Positions 1-11,563 of a stretch of DNA of 53,704 bases are shown here, piece after piece. Location of the stretch: contig JADIIX010000069.1 of the NCBI GenBank assembly GCA_027604505.1, positions 62,001 to 115,704 of the forward strand, written 5' to 3'. The notes beneath the pieces were generated by a model. That model saw only the letters and a list, made by a program, of their open reading frames with translations. It had not been told where the DNA came from and searched no databases. Each line of letters starts with the position of its first letter. Positions within the stretch are counted from its first letter, which is position 1. Source of the DNA: Gonapodya sp. JEL0774 (Eukaryota). A program made the translations under genes and the position numbers.

Positions 1-2150
1 GAGGTGATGCCGGTGGTGCAGGCGAGTCAGCAGCTACGATTGAGCGCCATTCTGAGTCGGAAACTGGAGAGGATATCGCGGAGATAGAGGAAGACGAGGA
101 TGAGGATGAGAAGGAGGATGATGTGGAAGGGGATTGGGGTGCATCTGGTTCAATCTCCGGATCCGCCACCAAAGTGCTGTCATTTTCTGCCACAACCAAA
201 GACAGTACTCCACTCTTACGCCTCGCTCGTCCCGGGATGGTTACTGGTGGTGATGTGGACACGGGAGCTGCAGGAGCGATCGAAGAGGCGGTCGACGACT
301 CAAGCCACGATGAAGACGCTGCCGACGACGTCAAGGAATTTGTTGTCGCAAGCGATGACGCAGAGGCCGAGGGAGCAAAAGGGGTGGAAGAAGTGGACGA
401 CGAGAATGTTCGCGTGCGAGAGGATAGGAGTCCCGGTACCGGTCTTGCAAGGACCGGTGAGGGTGGTAACATCGGGTGGGTCGCCCACATGGGATCGCAG
501 AGTGGGGGTGGTGGTTCCTTCACCGAGTATGCGGGATCTTCAAGGCCGTGATTGATGGTCGTGGGTGAAGCTGGCGGCGAAAGGGTCCGTGTTGATGTAA
601 TGGTGAGGAAAGGAGGAAAATCGGGAACAGAAGAAGGCGGCAGAGGTGGAGCTTCGGCGGGATTCACGGTGGTGGAGGTGAGGACGCGTTCATCGGGTTG
701 GGAAAGCGGCGGGCTCCCATCCATTAAAGATGTCCCCTTGCGATTCGCGTTCCCGTTCCTGCTAACGCCGTTCTCCTCAATACTTTTGTCTCTATCCGTT
801 ACAAATCTTCTCGCGCTAGCGCTGCGCTGCTTCGGGACGGCCTGCTTCAGGATTTTCACCGCACGTTTCGCCGTGAGTTTACCGGGCGAGGTGGATCCGG
901 TTAAGGACGGCGGCAAGGACGATGGTGAAGAGTCAGTAGTGGGAGAAAGTGTGGCAAGGAGAAATATCCACGCCTGGGAAATGGCGGGAAAGGAGTCGGA
1001 TTCGGCGACTGAGTGGATGTGAAGAATGTTGTGAGACCGAGACCAACAAAGACATCAGCAATCACTTTCAAAACCTAAGTAGAGCGTGGTTGGCTTCGTG
1101 TAACGGCCAGACCCGTCGTGCGAATGCGAGCACGTCCAGGGGATCCATGCAACAAGCGGAAAATTGAGCGTGTCCACCGGCTGGCCAATAAAACGCTCTC
1201 TGCATATAGCATTGAAAGCCTCATAGTCACTTTGCGGCCCATTCCTGATATGACAGATAGGTGAAGAGCTCCCCCGGCTCTGCACATGGTCCCATCCCTT
1301 GTCTGACTTTCGAATACAAAGTGCAACTCTGGACACTTGGTCCTCAATACGCACGTTTGTACACCGGAAACGACCGCGACACAATCCGCCAAGCAGGGTG
1401 TGCGGGTGAAACGATATTGTTTGACGAGGATGTATGGGGAACGGAGGACGCCGAGGACGACGGATTCAGGTGGAGGAGGAGGAAGAATTGGGAGATGGAG
1501 TGTGTAGCCCAGGCAAGTGGGCGAAAGTTATGGACTATGGACGGGTGCACAAGGGCCGGTGGGAGTGTTGACAGTGGGGTCAATGATGCGGCTGTAGTGA
1601 TCGAGGAAGTCGTAGACTTCGGAGGGCCAGATACTGAGTTGCCGGTGGAAACCGTGAAAGCCGTGGAGAGTAACCGATTATTATCTTCAGATGCCTGCGA
1701 GACATTATGAGTGTGCGTCGAGTTGAGTCCCAAGGCAGACATGGACTGCGATCGTTGCAGAAGTATGCCTGTGCTCCGAGCACTCGTCGCGATGCCCGAG
1801 CTGGAAATGGCATCCATGCCCCCCACATAGATATCCGCGCCAGTTTCTCGCTCGGTTGTTCCAACCGGCACTACTGATGCGGTCCCAATGCCCGCAACCG
1901 AGCCATTCGCCACAACTGCGATTTGTTCTGCCATCACGCTCGGTCTCACCACCACCTCCAAGTTGCGTTTCTGAAATTTTCAGAAGCGCGAGGGCGAGCG
2001 TCCGTCCCAGTGCTCCCAGGTTGCGTAGTTCGCCACGTTCGGTACCCGATTGGACCCGATCCCGACCGAACCGCCCCAGCCCGACTCTCTTTCGTAGTCG
2101 TTCTACTGTTCCGTCGGGTTTCACTTTCCACTTCCTTGGGCGTCCCCGAG
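1..2150 (-). CDS. Unknown multi-exon protein, S/P-rich low complexity; runs off the window at its 3' end and its 5' exons are unresolved
   Basis: The minus strand from ~1010 to 1 is an uninterrupted S/P/T-rich frame (AESDSFPAISQAWIFLLATLSP...SDSEWRSIVAADSPAPPASP). Upstream minus ORFs are 1055..1384, 1344..1961 and 1705..2217; the last contains an AT-hook-like RGRPRK. A possible PH-like tail TTLYL|VAESDSF..QAWIFLL forms across a ~65-nt intron. Exon joins are uncertain. Confidence 0.55.
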
Positions 2151-3560
2151 CTTTTTGAAGTTTGGCGCCAAGATTAGAGTGGGCCCACATTCGCATACGT
2201 TCACACATCCACTTCATTAATATATCATTATTTCACACGCATGCATGCCACGAAAACTAGTGATGCAGAGCCTTGTCTAAACTGGAGCGATTTCCGACGA
2301 CGGGCTCCAAAGTTCCTCGTATGATGTATTCGAGTACAGGCGGGATTTAGATCTTCAAGACGGGAGAACAAGCGAGGAGAACAAGCGAGCCAAGAACACC
2401 TCCATGCAGAGGTTCTCCACTTGTGCCCTAATGGGCGGTGGCAATTCTGTTTTAAGTCGGCAGCTTGACTCTCAGCCATTCAAATTTTGAAAACGCCACT
2501 TTCGGACTCCCATATCCCTAACAAATGCGATTTTGCTTAGTTTTTAGTATGGGCTGTCCTCGAACGTCACGGCGACCGTTGGGACGGAGGTGATCTCCCA
2601 ATAGCAGAAGAGCCATACTATCCAGGAGCTGCTTTGTTTAAGGGATCCCCGGTGCGTTAACGCAGACTTGCGAGCAATGTTCAGCTTCCCATGGTTAGCA
2701 TGACAACTCCATTGTGGCTGTCTGTCGTGGTGAACATGTGTTCCACAGGTGGGCGACATTCACATGTCGGTGTATTTCACAAGTCCGGAGTAAATCATAT
2801 GTCACTTTCGCCATCATACCGATTAAGATCCGTGTTGTTTATATTTGGTTATGTACATGGCTCTTGTTTGTCTCCCAGCGTGAGCAAACTCAAAAATACA
2901 TATAGCCTAAACTCATGTGGTTCAGAGCTTCCATGAGTGTTCGAAGCCAGATACTCCCAACCGATTAGAGTCCGTTGGGATAGGAAGAAACGAGCTTCTC
3001 CATCCGGGATCGTTGGTGCCATCATTCTGAGCTGAGATTATCAGGGCCGTGGGATCGGTTTTGGATCACTCCTCCACCTGACCCTGACCGAACAACGTGC
3101 TGAGATAAGAAGACGATGACGGCAAATATTGAGATATTCGGGACGTTAGGTTTTCGGCCAAAATGATATGATGCTTCTGAATTCTGAGAGTGAAGTGGCG
3201 TTTGTGGTAGCGGGTGATTTTCTGATTTCATGGTGAGCTTGATAAAGAGTGCGACCTATATGAAAGGACAGGATGGTCGGTGTATTGCAAAACGTGTTAG
3301 GGCAATCGTGAAAGGAAAGAGCTTCCACAACAGCCACCAGCGCCTACAAGAATGTTCATACTACAGAAACCCACGGAGCAAAGTTTGAAATTTATGTAGC
3401 TTCAAATCAATTAGTGTGGACCTGTCGAGTCCTGTCAGCATAAACATTCGCCATTTCCAGCCAAACCCTGGGACGTCCCTAATTCGGCACCGTGCTGTAA
3501 GTCGTCTCCCAAGAACCAAGTTCTCCACCAATACGCATCAGCGACCAGTGAAACTCGGAA

Positions 3561-6500
3561 ATGAAGCGCAGACGGTCCTCGGACGATGACATCAGTGATG
3601 GAGATGATGAGACGGCGGAAGGCGGCCGCGCAAAGAAGGATGGAGCTACTGGAACAAGGCAAAGGAGACCAAAGATCTCAAAAGGTGAGCCTACCACAGC
3701 CAGACTCGAGGTAGAGGACAGTGCGTATCGATTCTCAAATAATTTTGCTGGAAATTGCTGCTGCTCTTGGTGCTCTCCAGCGTGCAATGCTGTGAGTTTT
3801 GTGAAACCACGCTGCCAAGTCGTTGTTGAGGGGACTGTGGATGACCACTAAAAGGCCCTCTCGAAATCTATATAGTGCAAAGATAAACATGATCGCTGCG
3901 ATGGCGCTGACCCCGTATGTACGAATTGCAGGAAGCGGGGTTCCGACTGTTCATACGGTGAGTCTTCCCCACCGCTCATGGACAGTAGTGGACCTCCAGA
4001 GGCCTTGGGTTACTGGTGCTTTCCAAATCCATATTGCTTTTCACTTTTCCTGTGTACCACTCCTTATTCCACCTTCACTTTCGCAGAACGAGCTCGACAC
4101 CAACCAGGCCCGCAACGTGGATGGCTTGGCAATTTGAAGAATCGCATCGTGTCACTCGAATCACTTCTCGTAGACCGTAAGCGTGCTGAGGGAGGACGAG
4201 GCTCGTCTTCGGTTGCCCCTCCCGGGGTCTCGGTGCAAGGAGACGATGACGGAGCAGAAATCCAACAGCACGAAGGACCCACCAAGAAGGAAAGGGAAAA
4301 GCTTAGAACTGTCTTGGATGAAGCGCTGACGAGACTCGAAGGACTGATTGCGGATTTGGGTGCGGAGAAGAACGGAAAGATGAGCGGCCGGAGGGGATCA
4401 GACATTTTGGACCCAGGGCAGGGCAGCGTAGATGTATCGCACCATTTTCCCACCCTTGAAGATGTCAAAAATGCTGTCTCTGGGCATCACATCCTTAACG
4501 ACCACCATGATACCGACGATTCAGTCACACCGGACCTTCTTGACCTCCTCAATCACGAAGACATCATGCAGCTGCAGGAGGCAGCCAACGCGCAGCAGAT
4601 GCGAGATCCAACTTGGACATTAAGTGGTGGTGAGACAGTATCTGGAACTGGCACTTTGGACATGGGCATGAACCTCGGCTTGGACATGGCTGCGAACGGC
4701 AACCACACCCTCGAGGACCTATTGTCGGCCTTCCAAGGCATTCAACCCCACGACTTCTTGAATCCTCGACAATACCAACATTTCCCCATGCTGCATCCGA
4801 ACTTGCTCGAAAGTTCTGACGGCACGGGCAACGGGACGAGCACCCTAGACTCTGGGGACACGTCCGCTGTGATCAACTTTACCCGCCCAGTGGGCATTTT
4901 CGATGACTGCGACCCACTGCCCTCGCAAGAAGTCATCAATGATCTCCTTGTGAGGTATTTTTCGCACATGTGGGAGTATCGTTTCGTCTATGTGGGGCAT
5001 CCAATGATGCACCGGCCTACGTGAGTACTTGCCAGCAGGCGGTAAAGTGGGGATCCAGTCCTGGAATGTCCTTCGATGTTGTCCTTGATATCGTCAGATT
5101 GAATGCTTCCTCGTCACCAAACGTTTGTTGTGCTGCACTCTCCCAGCTTCCTTTCCACCATATCCTCTCAGAACCCTTTACTCCTCTATGCTATTCTCGC
5201 CTTCACATCACCATATGCACCAGACGTTGAGTAAGTCCCTCCTTCATCTCGATTCATGCCCACATTGCTCAATGTCTTCCTCACTGCAACACTGTCTCCT
5301 TTAACCGACACCCCACCGAATTGCTCCCACGGAATGAATCGTACCGCCGCAGCCACCGAGCTCGAAAACAGTACGGTAGGACGTTTTTCTCTCGATGCAA
5401 GAATCTTGTGTTCCCCATGCTCGGCGACCCGTCCGCTGGCGTGTGGCTCGTGCAAGCCTTGTTGATTATGGCGCAGTTCGCGAACTGTAACGAACGGTGG
5501 GTTGTGTATCGCACGCTGTGATATGATCGGGCGGTATGAAGTGGAGCGGAGGAGCTGGGGGGTGTTGCTCGAGATCAAAGATTTGGAGTTGGTAATTTGA
5601 CTGATTTGAAACCGATCCTACTCGTTCAGATCCTTTGCCTACTCGCTATTGAGCCTCACTGTGAGCAAGACGCGAGAGCTAGGACTGTGCATCGACTCGG
5701 AAATGGCATACAAGGGTGGGAAGCCACTAATTCAAACTCACAAGTGGATCGAAGCAGAGGAAAGGAGGAGGACTGGTGGGTTTGCCAGAGCTAAATAATC
5801 CGGATACTTGCGTTTCTGTGATTTTGTTTCGTGTTCATTGTCTGTATATCTGTCTCCTGGTTCGTCCAGCCTGGGCCGTCTACGTCATCGACCGCATCGC
5901 GGCGGTTGGAAATTCCTGCTCCCCATTCCTCCTCGACCGCGAGTTCTCTTTGTCCCCACCGTGTACTGACGACTTGTGGGAGTCGAATCCGGAAGGGTTT
6001 GTTGCACTCAGGGGTTCCCCATCGTCGAGCACTTCGTCTGAAGAAAGTAGGGGGGACTCTTTGTTGGAGTTGTACATGGTGAGTTTGTGGAGTAGGTGAT
6101 GAGTATCTGTGTTGACTTTGAGAGACGTAAACGCTACCTCGTTTATCATCGCCAATCAGATCATTGGCAAGGCGCAATTGTTGAAGATGTGGCAGGACAC
6201 CAAGAAGCTTCCTACCATTCTCATCGAATTCGAGGGTCCACTGGTGAGCTGGAGAAGATCGTAGCTAGAATTTGTTCTGCTGTACGTGCTCACCCCGATC
6301 TGCACCCACGACAGGGCACGTGGCATGAAAACTTTCTCGCAGCCTTCCCCTCCGCGTCAGAATCCCCCTTCTCCCCAAGCTTTGATCCCGAAGTCGCCCG
6401 TGGACTCCTCGTATATCACTTTGCCGGTGTTATCATCAATACTCCGTTTGACTACGTCTCGGCCCCGCCGTCGTGGGTGTCGAGCGACAATTTCCGCAAG

Positions 6501-7042
6501 GCACTCTACCACTGGATATGCGTGAGGCAGATGGTGCAGAGGTTTCACGGGTGCGGTAAATGGCTTTCCTCGTTCGCACTGTTTTGTATTTTCCATTGTG
6601 CCCTCAGTGAGTCCGAGGTTTGTGGTTTTCAACTGAGAAGGGTTGTGGTAACAGGAGCGCATCTCTCAATCTTCCACTCCATGACTCTCGTGATTCAGTC
6701 TGTGTCGCAAATATTCGATGTGAGTATTTTACGGTTGAAAGAGCTCCCTTTTCACCAGCGGTACGCTTACAACGGGTTAACGTCGTGATAGGTGGTGGTG
6801 AGGTTGCCGCCGCCGACCTAGAAATCGTCATTAGCGAGTTGGAATATGTACGTGAACGCGCTTGAATTGACAGTGTTCTTTTACCTTAATGACTCTAATT
6901 AACTTCGTTTGCGCTTCCATACAATGACAATTCAAAATAGTACGGGGCATGGTGGGAGATTGGCTTCCAGTTGGCCAAGGAGCTCCGCAGGCAGAGAAAC
7001 TCAGCTGTGAACAATGCTCGTCCACTGGGGAATGTTCTATAA
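3561..7042 (+). CDS. Zn(II)2Cys6 binuclear-cluster transcription factor with Fungal_trans (middle homology) domain
   Basis: Splicing 3561-3684, 3781-3791, 3876-3957 and 4087-... gives ACNACKDKHDRCDGADPVCTNCRKRGSDCSY (C-x2-C-x6-C-x6-C-x2-C-x6-C) followed by the coiled coil LKNRIVSLESLL. Later exons give HPMMHRPTF, LLYAILA, VQALLIMA, TRELGL and EERRRTAWAVYVIDR. Stop TAA at 7040-7042. Confidence 0.93.
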
Positions 7043-7458
7043 CGTTGGTTTTCCATTTGGTGTATCACACGACAGTCAGCATTTGATAGTCCAGGGAGTT
7101 CGTTTGGAACCGGTGTGGCGAAAACCGAAAAACTGGAGTTCTGATAGCGCTTTAATTTTTTTTCACATTTGCATCAAATTGTCAAAGTGGCATCGTATAT
7201 TATGGTAGATGTATCGGAATTGACGTCCACCAAGCACGATTGCCACAGCCGTTCGGTTGTGAGGGATGCGAAGTCTGCTGCCTCTGGCCATCTGGCCTTG
7301 ACGAGACTTTTTTACAACCCCAATCTTACAAGAAGTCCAAATTCTATTTTCACTTTGCTTTTTGCTCGCTGGCGTCCGCGAGTAGAAGCTCTTCCCTCCA
7401 GGAGCTCGTCCATCTTCCCTTCCTCATCTCCTGCCGCTTTCACCTGAAAGAGTCCCAG

Positions 7459-8807
7459 ATGTCGCTCGCTTCTCAGGTTTCCGTCCCGGACGTACAAGTC
7501 AATGGCGGTGAAAGCTCCTCGCAGCCGGGGGCATTGCCGTTGAACATGTGCTCGGGGTTGCCATCGTACGCCTACGCGGACGAAGACGGTGTTAATGAGG
7601 ACTTACTCTGTGGAATCTGCCTCCAGCCGTATGAGAACCCGGTCGTCGCGTGTCCGAACGGTCACTCATATTGCAAGAGTGGACTGGTGAAGAGTTGAGT
7701 GTGGAACGCCGGTGTGCTGCTGCTTCACCTTGGTTCACGGATGAATTCTGTCCTCGTCCCCTCAAGCAGTATCTAATCCATCCTGCTATGGAACCTGCCC
7801 TGAGTGCAGACACCCATTCGACAATCGCCGGTTGAGTCGTGTTGTACCTCTCGCTCGGATGTGCGGCAAACTCCCCGTCTTCTGCACGAATCGGAACTTG
7901 GGTTGCGCCACTACAATGCCTCGGGACTCCTTAGTTCTACATGTATCACGTCATTGCCGATTTCCGGAAGTCCCATGTCCGGATTGTGGAGAAAAGATAC
8001 CAAAAAATGAGGTTTCCCGTCATCGGGAGGTGGAATGCGCGGGGGCGCTCGTTTCGTGCACCGTTGCTGGCTGTCAGCTGATACTGCGTAGGAAAGACTT
8101 GGAGGCTCACGTTGCAAGTTGTACAGGAGGTAGCGGTAGTGCCAGTACTGCGAGCCGGAAACGGTGAGTGCCGATCTGATGCTTTTGCGAAGATGGGACC
8201 ACCAGCTTCGCATCCTCAGTTTATTGCAACTGTGTCCTTTCACACAGAAAACGGGAGTCTAGTACAGCATCGTTCGCTGTTGGATCCGAGGTGAGGGCCT
8301 TCATTTCAGGTGTTTCCATGGTCCACCATGTTCTCAGTTCTCACATGCCTCAGATCGCAGCCAACACCTCTGTCGGTGAATGGCTCCTCGCGACTATTTT
8401 CCGTGTAAGTGGAAGAGATAAGTACGAGGTTGAAAGTGTTGGCGGAAGCACCAACAACAGCGGCCTTGCAAACAGGTTGGTGGTAGACTTTGGTGTTCTC
8501 AAAGAGAGCCCCACTAACACACATCGCAAGACGTTACACCGTCGCATCATCGTCCATCTTACCCATCGTATCGGCTCCCTCCACCTCTTTCGAAGTCGGA
8601 TCTTCAGTCTTGGCCCTCTACCCTGGCGTCCAGCGCTTCTACCCTGCAACAGTGCTGACAGCACCTCAAGGTGCAGCAGATGCGGAGGTCTCATCGAGCA
8701 ACTACGAAGTTCATTTTTTGCGTGATGAGATGGATGAGAAGAGAACGGTCGTCGCGAAATATGTCGTGCGGGAGGTGGAACGGAGGTACAAGCTCAGAGC
8801 GAGGTAA
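7459..8807 (+). CDS. RING-type + TRAF-type zinc finger protein fused to a C-terminal SGF29-like tandem Tudor domain
   Basis: RING: LLCGICLQPYENPVVACPNGHSYCK...TCPECR. TRAF Zn fingers: VFCTNRNLGC..HVSRHC, CPDC..HREVEC, CTVAGC..HVASC. SGF29 Tudor signature: EWLLATI..KYEVE..RYTV..ILP and GSSVLALYPGVQRFYPATV..YEVHF..RTVVAKYVV. The exact first-intron boundaries are uncertain. Confidence 0.8.
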
Positions 8808-9737
8808 GGACGAGGTGAGAATGGAAGTGGTGGGCATTGAGTCTGAAGGACTGAAAGAGTTTTGGAGAGAGAGATGTGTGTTTCTTCACAAAATCGACAT
8901 TTTACACAGCTTTTGGGGAACTGTAAACTAGCATTTCGTTGCATGTTACGAAATTTTCTCTGTGATTTTCAAATCGACATTACATAATAGAAATATTACA
9001 TTGACATTACAGAGAACTTATAATAATTACCTGTGATATTGGGTGTTCAGTTGATGGGAAGGCTCTGTAGGGTGGGTTACTTTTTCCAACCTTGAGAAAT
9101 ACACCTGAGTCAGCCTTCCACACTAAGCCGCCACGCGATGCGGTAACCGTCGAGTCTCTTCCTCCGGGACGAGTGGCTCCGAGAACCGTGGCGCGTGTGC
9201 GTGGTTCTGGGTGGATTGAAAGCGCTGGCGAAGACGGAGTACAGTTAGCCAATTATGAGGAAACGTGAGGCGTCCTGTAAACCCGAGTGATGCGCTCGAT
9301 TCCGATGATCAGATCTCCGGAGAAAATTTAAGACAATGAAAAGGTGCGGTGACCCTGACTGCCGATATTTCTGAAACCCGGGACAGGACCTGAACAACAA
9401 GAGGATGATGGACTTCCTCAAAAAGTAACAGTTTTTCCACTTTGGCACTATACCACTTGCCCGTATGACCTCACTTGTTAAGAAGTTCTCGTTCCGCAAT
9501 CAGTAATGTTGGGGGGAGATTCCAACAGAGTGCTCATCTCCAACTCCTGTCTCTCGTGCACAAGTTCCGGAAGAATGATATATGTAATTACACAATGCAA
9601 TATCACTGCGTAGAAAGCGTGATTGGATCGTTGTACATTCGCAGGTTCGTGTCCCAACCACCAGCAGGCGCGAAAGAGCATCAATAAATTATTCAAAACT
9701 CAACACCACCAGTTTTCTCGGGGACCCGTGACGAGCC

Positions 9738-11299
9738 ATGCGTCTTTTTTCCCCGGCTACTCGAGCGTGCAATCCTCGGCATCACGCAGCTTCTTGTCCA
9801 AGACTGCTTCCCGTGTCTATGCTGCCTGTCAATCCCCCATCCTGCGCTGCCCGAGTTCTTCCCTGCATTCCTCTCGCACGCCAATACTCCTCCGAATCCC
9901 AGCAACCCTCTCCTCCGCCACGATTGCGCAGTGTCCCGGTCGACCCGAACTCTCCGACCGTCTATGCAACTTACAGTAGTCGTCCGTTTCTTCCTCGTCT
10001 GACAACGACATCAGACCCGTTCGGCTTCTCCGCAGATGGGCGTGAAGGCAGACCAACAGATATTGCCTATTTTACGGGAAATCCGTCGTACTACTCAGCG
10101 GTTCTTATACTGAACGACGCGATTCGAAAGTGCGGCTTGGATTTCAAAGATAAGACCCAATACGAAGGATCTGCTTTGCCCGTATGGATGAAAAAGGTTT
10201 GTAGTACAAGCTCAAGCCGGAGGGTCGCTCGAAAAGAATGTTTCGCAGATGCCTGTAAGGGAAAGGACTTGAGAGGACCGAAGCGCATCACTTTGATCCA
10301 ACACCTAACCGGCGCTATCTGTGTCATCTAGAGTTTTTATATTGATTTGGGTGATTGTGGAAGCCCTCCGGACAAGCAGTGTATTGCTGGCCGGATCTGT
10401 TGCTTACTCAAATATTGACGGACTTTCCGTCACCATTTCCAGGAGGAGATGCAAACTGAGCTAGACGCGCAGTTGAGCGCCGGAAAATACGAAGAGATTG
10501 TGCACAAGCTCAGCATTTTGTATGCCAATCGAGGTAAGCCTCATTCGTCGGTGTTCAAACTCCTATTGGAAGGGCACCGAACTCTTTCAAATCCATAGAC
10601 CGCGACCCTCTCCGCCTCTCCGACGAGTTTTTTGCCTCGTATGTCCGCCCAGGTGCTCTGTTCCGTCCCAAGGCACCTGAACCCCCCGCAGCTGATGAGC
10701 ACGGTCGTGTCTTCGCTCAAGGCTCTCGAAAAACATCGCGTGCCCGTGTTCTGCTTATTCCCGGTGACGGGGAAATGTATGTGAACGGTGTGAGATTCGG
10801 AGATTACTTCAAGGACAGGATTGGTGGTTTGGACGGAGAGGTGTTGAAAGTTTTTGGAGTTGCAGGAGTGTTGGGTCAGTATAATGTATGGGCAGAGGCT
10901 CAGGGTGGAGGCCTAACTGGTGAGCATCCCATTTTCGACAATTGTAGGTGTTCTGAAATAACACCTAAATCTCTGCCAGGCCAACTGGGAGCCCTCCAAC
11001 TCGCCATCGCGCGCGCGCTTATAGTCTTTGAACCATCTAAAGCGCTTGCACTTCAGGCTGGTAAGTTGGAGTCAGTGACTCAACCTTTGTTGTCACGCCG
11101 GAATATGCTCATCACCATGAACTCGCAGCTGGATACCTGACGCCGGATACACGGCAAGTGGAACGAAAGAAAACGAACCTGGCCAAGGCGAGGAAGAGGT
11201 ACACTTGGTGGGTTTGGTTCCTTGTTGACAAATTATAGTAAGGTGGCAATTCACTAATTCTTATCTTTCTTGTTGCGTTTGTCTAGGGTTAAGCGGTAG
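9738..11299 (+). CDS. MRPS9: Mitochondrial ribosomal protein uS9m
   Basis: N-terminus is R/S/L-rich and presequence-like. Motifs: YFTGNPSYY, GSRKTSRARVLLIPGDGEMYVNG, AQGGGLTGQLGALQLAIARAL, LTPDTRQVERKKTNLAKARKRYTWVKR*. Stop at 11297-11299. Confidence 0.93.
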
Positions 11300-11563
11300 A
11301 TTTATGAGAGGAGAACCGAATGTAAAATTCGATTGTCGTTTGCCCCATTTTGGTAAAGATGATGGTGCGGCTAAACGGTGATCCCGCCTGACAGCTGGTC
11401 GCTCAGCGAGCTTCCCACCCCATCAAAGATATTGCTACTCGACCACGCATAAACCTTCTGGCGTCTGTTTCTCTGTTTCTGTTGAGTCTATTGCTCCCTG
11501 AGGTTCAAAGCCCTGCTCGCCTGTCCTCCTCGACACATACAATACTCCAGCTCATTCCCAGGA

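Noticed and set aside
100..1022. Plus-strand ORFs 100..555, 123..551 and 552..1022
   Set aside because: They are antisense shadows of the S/P-rich minus-strand exon.
2364..2389. 13-nt tandem duplication gagaacaagcgag
   Set aside because: A short slippage-type repeat with no evident function.
7742..7747. TGA-ATT in frame with the second half of the RING, a possible selenocysteine replacing Cys (some early-diverging fungi use Sec)
   Set aside because: No AG acceptor places it in an exon, it falls inside the most plausible intron, and I saw no convincing SECIS downstream.
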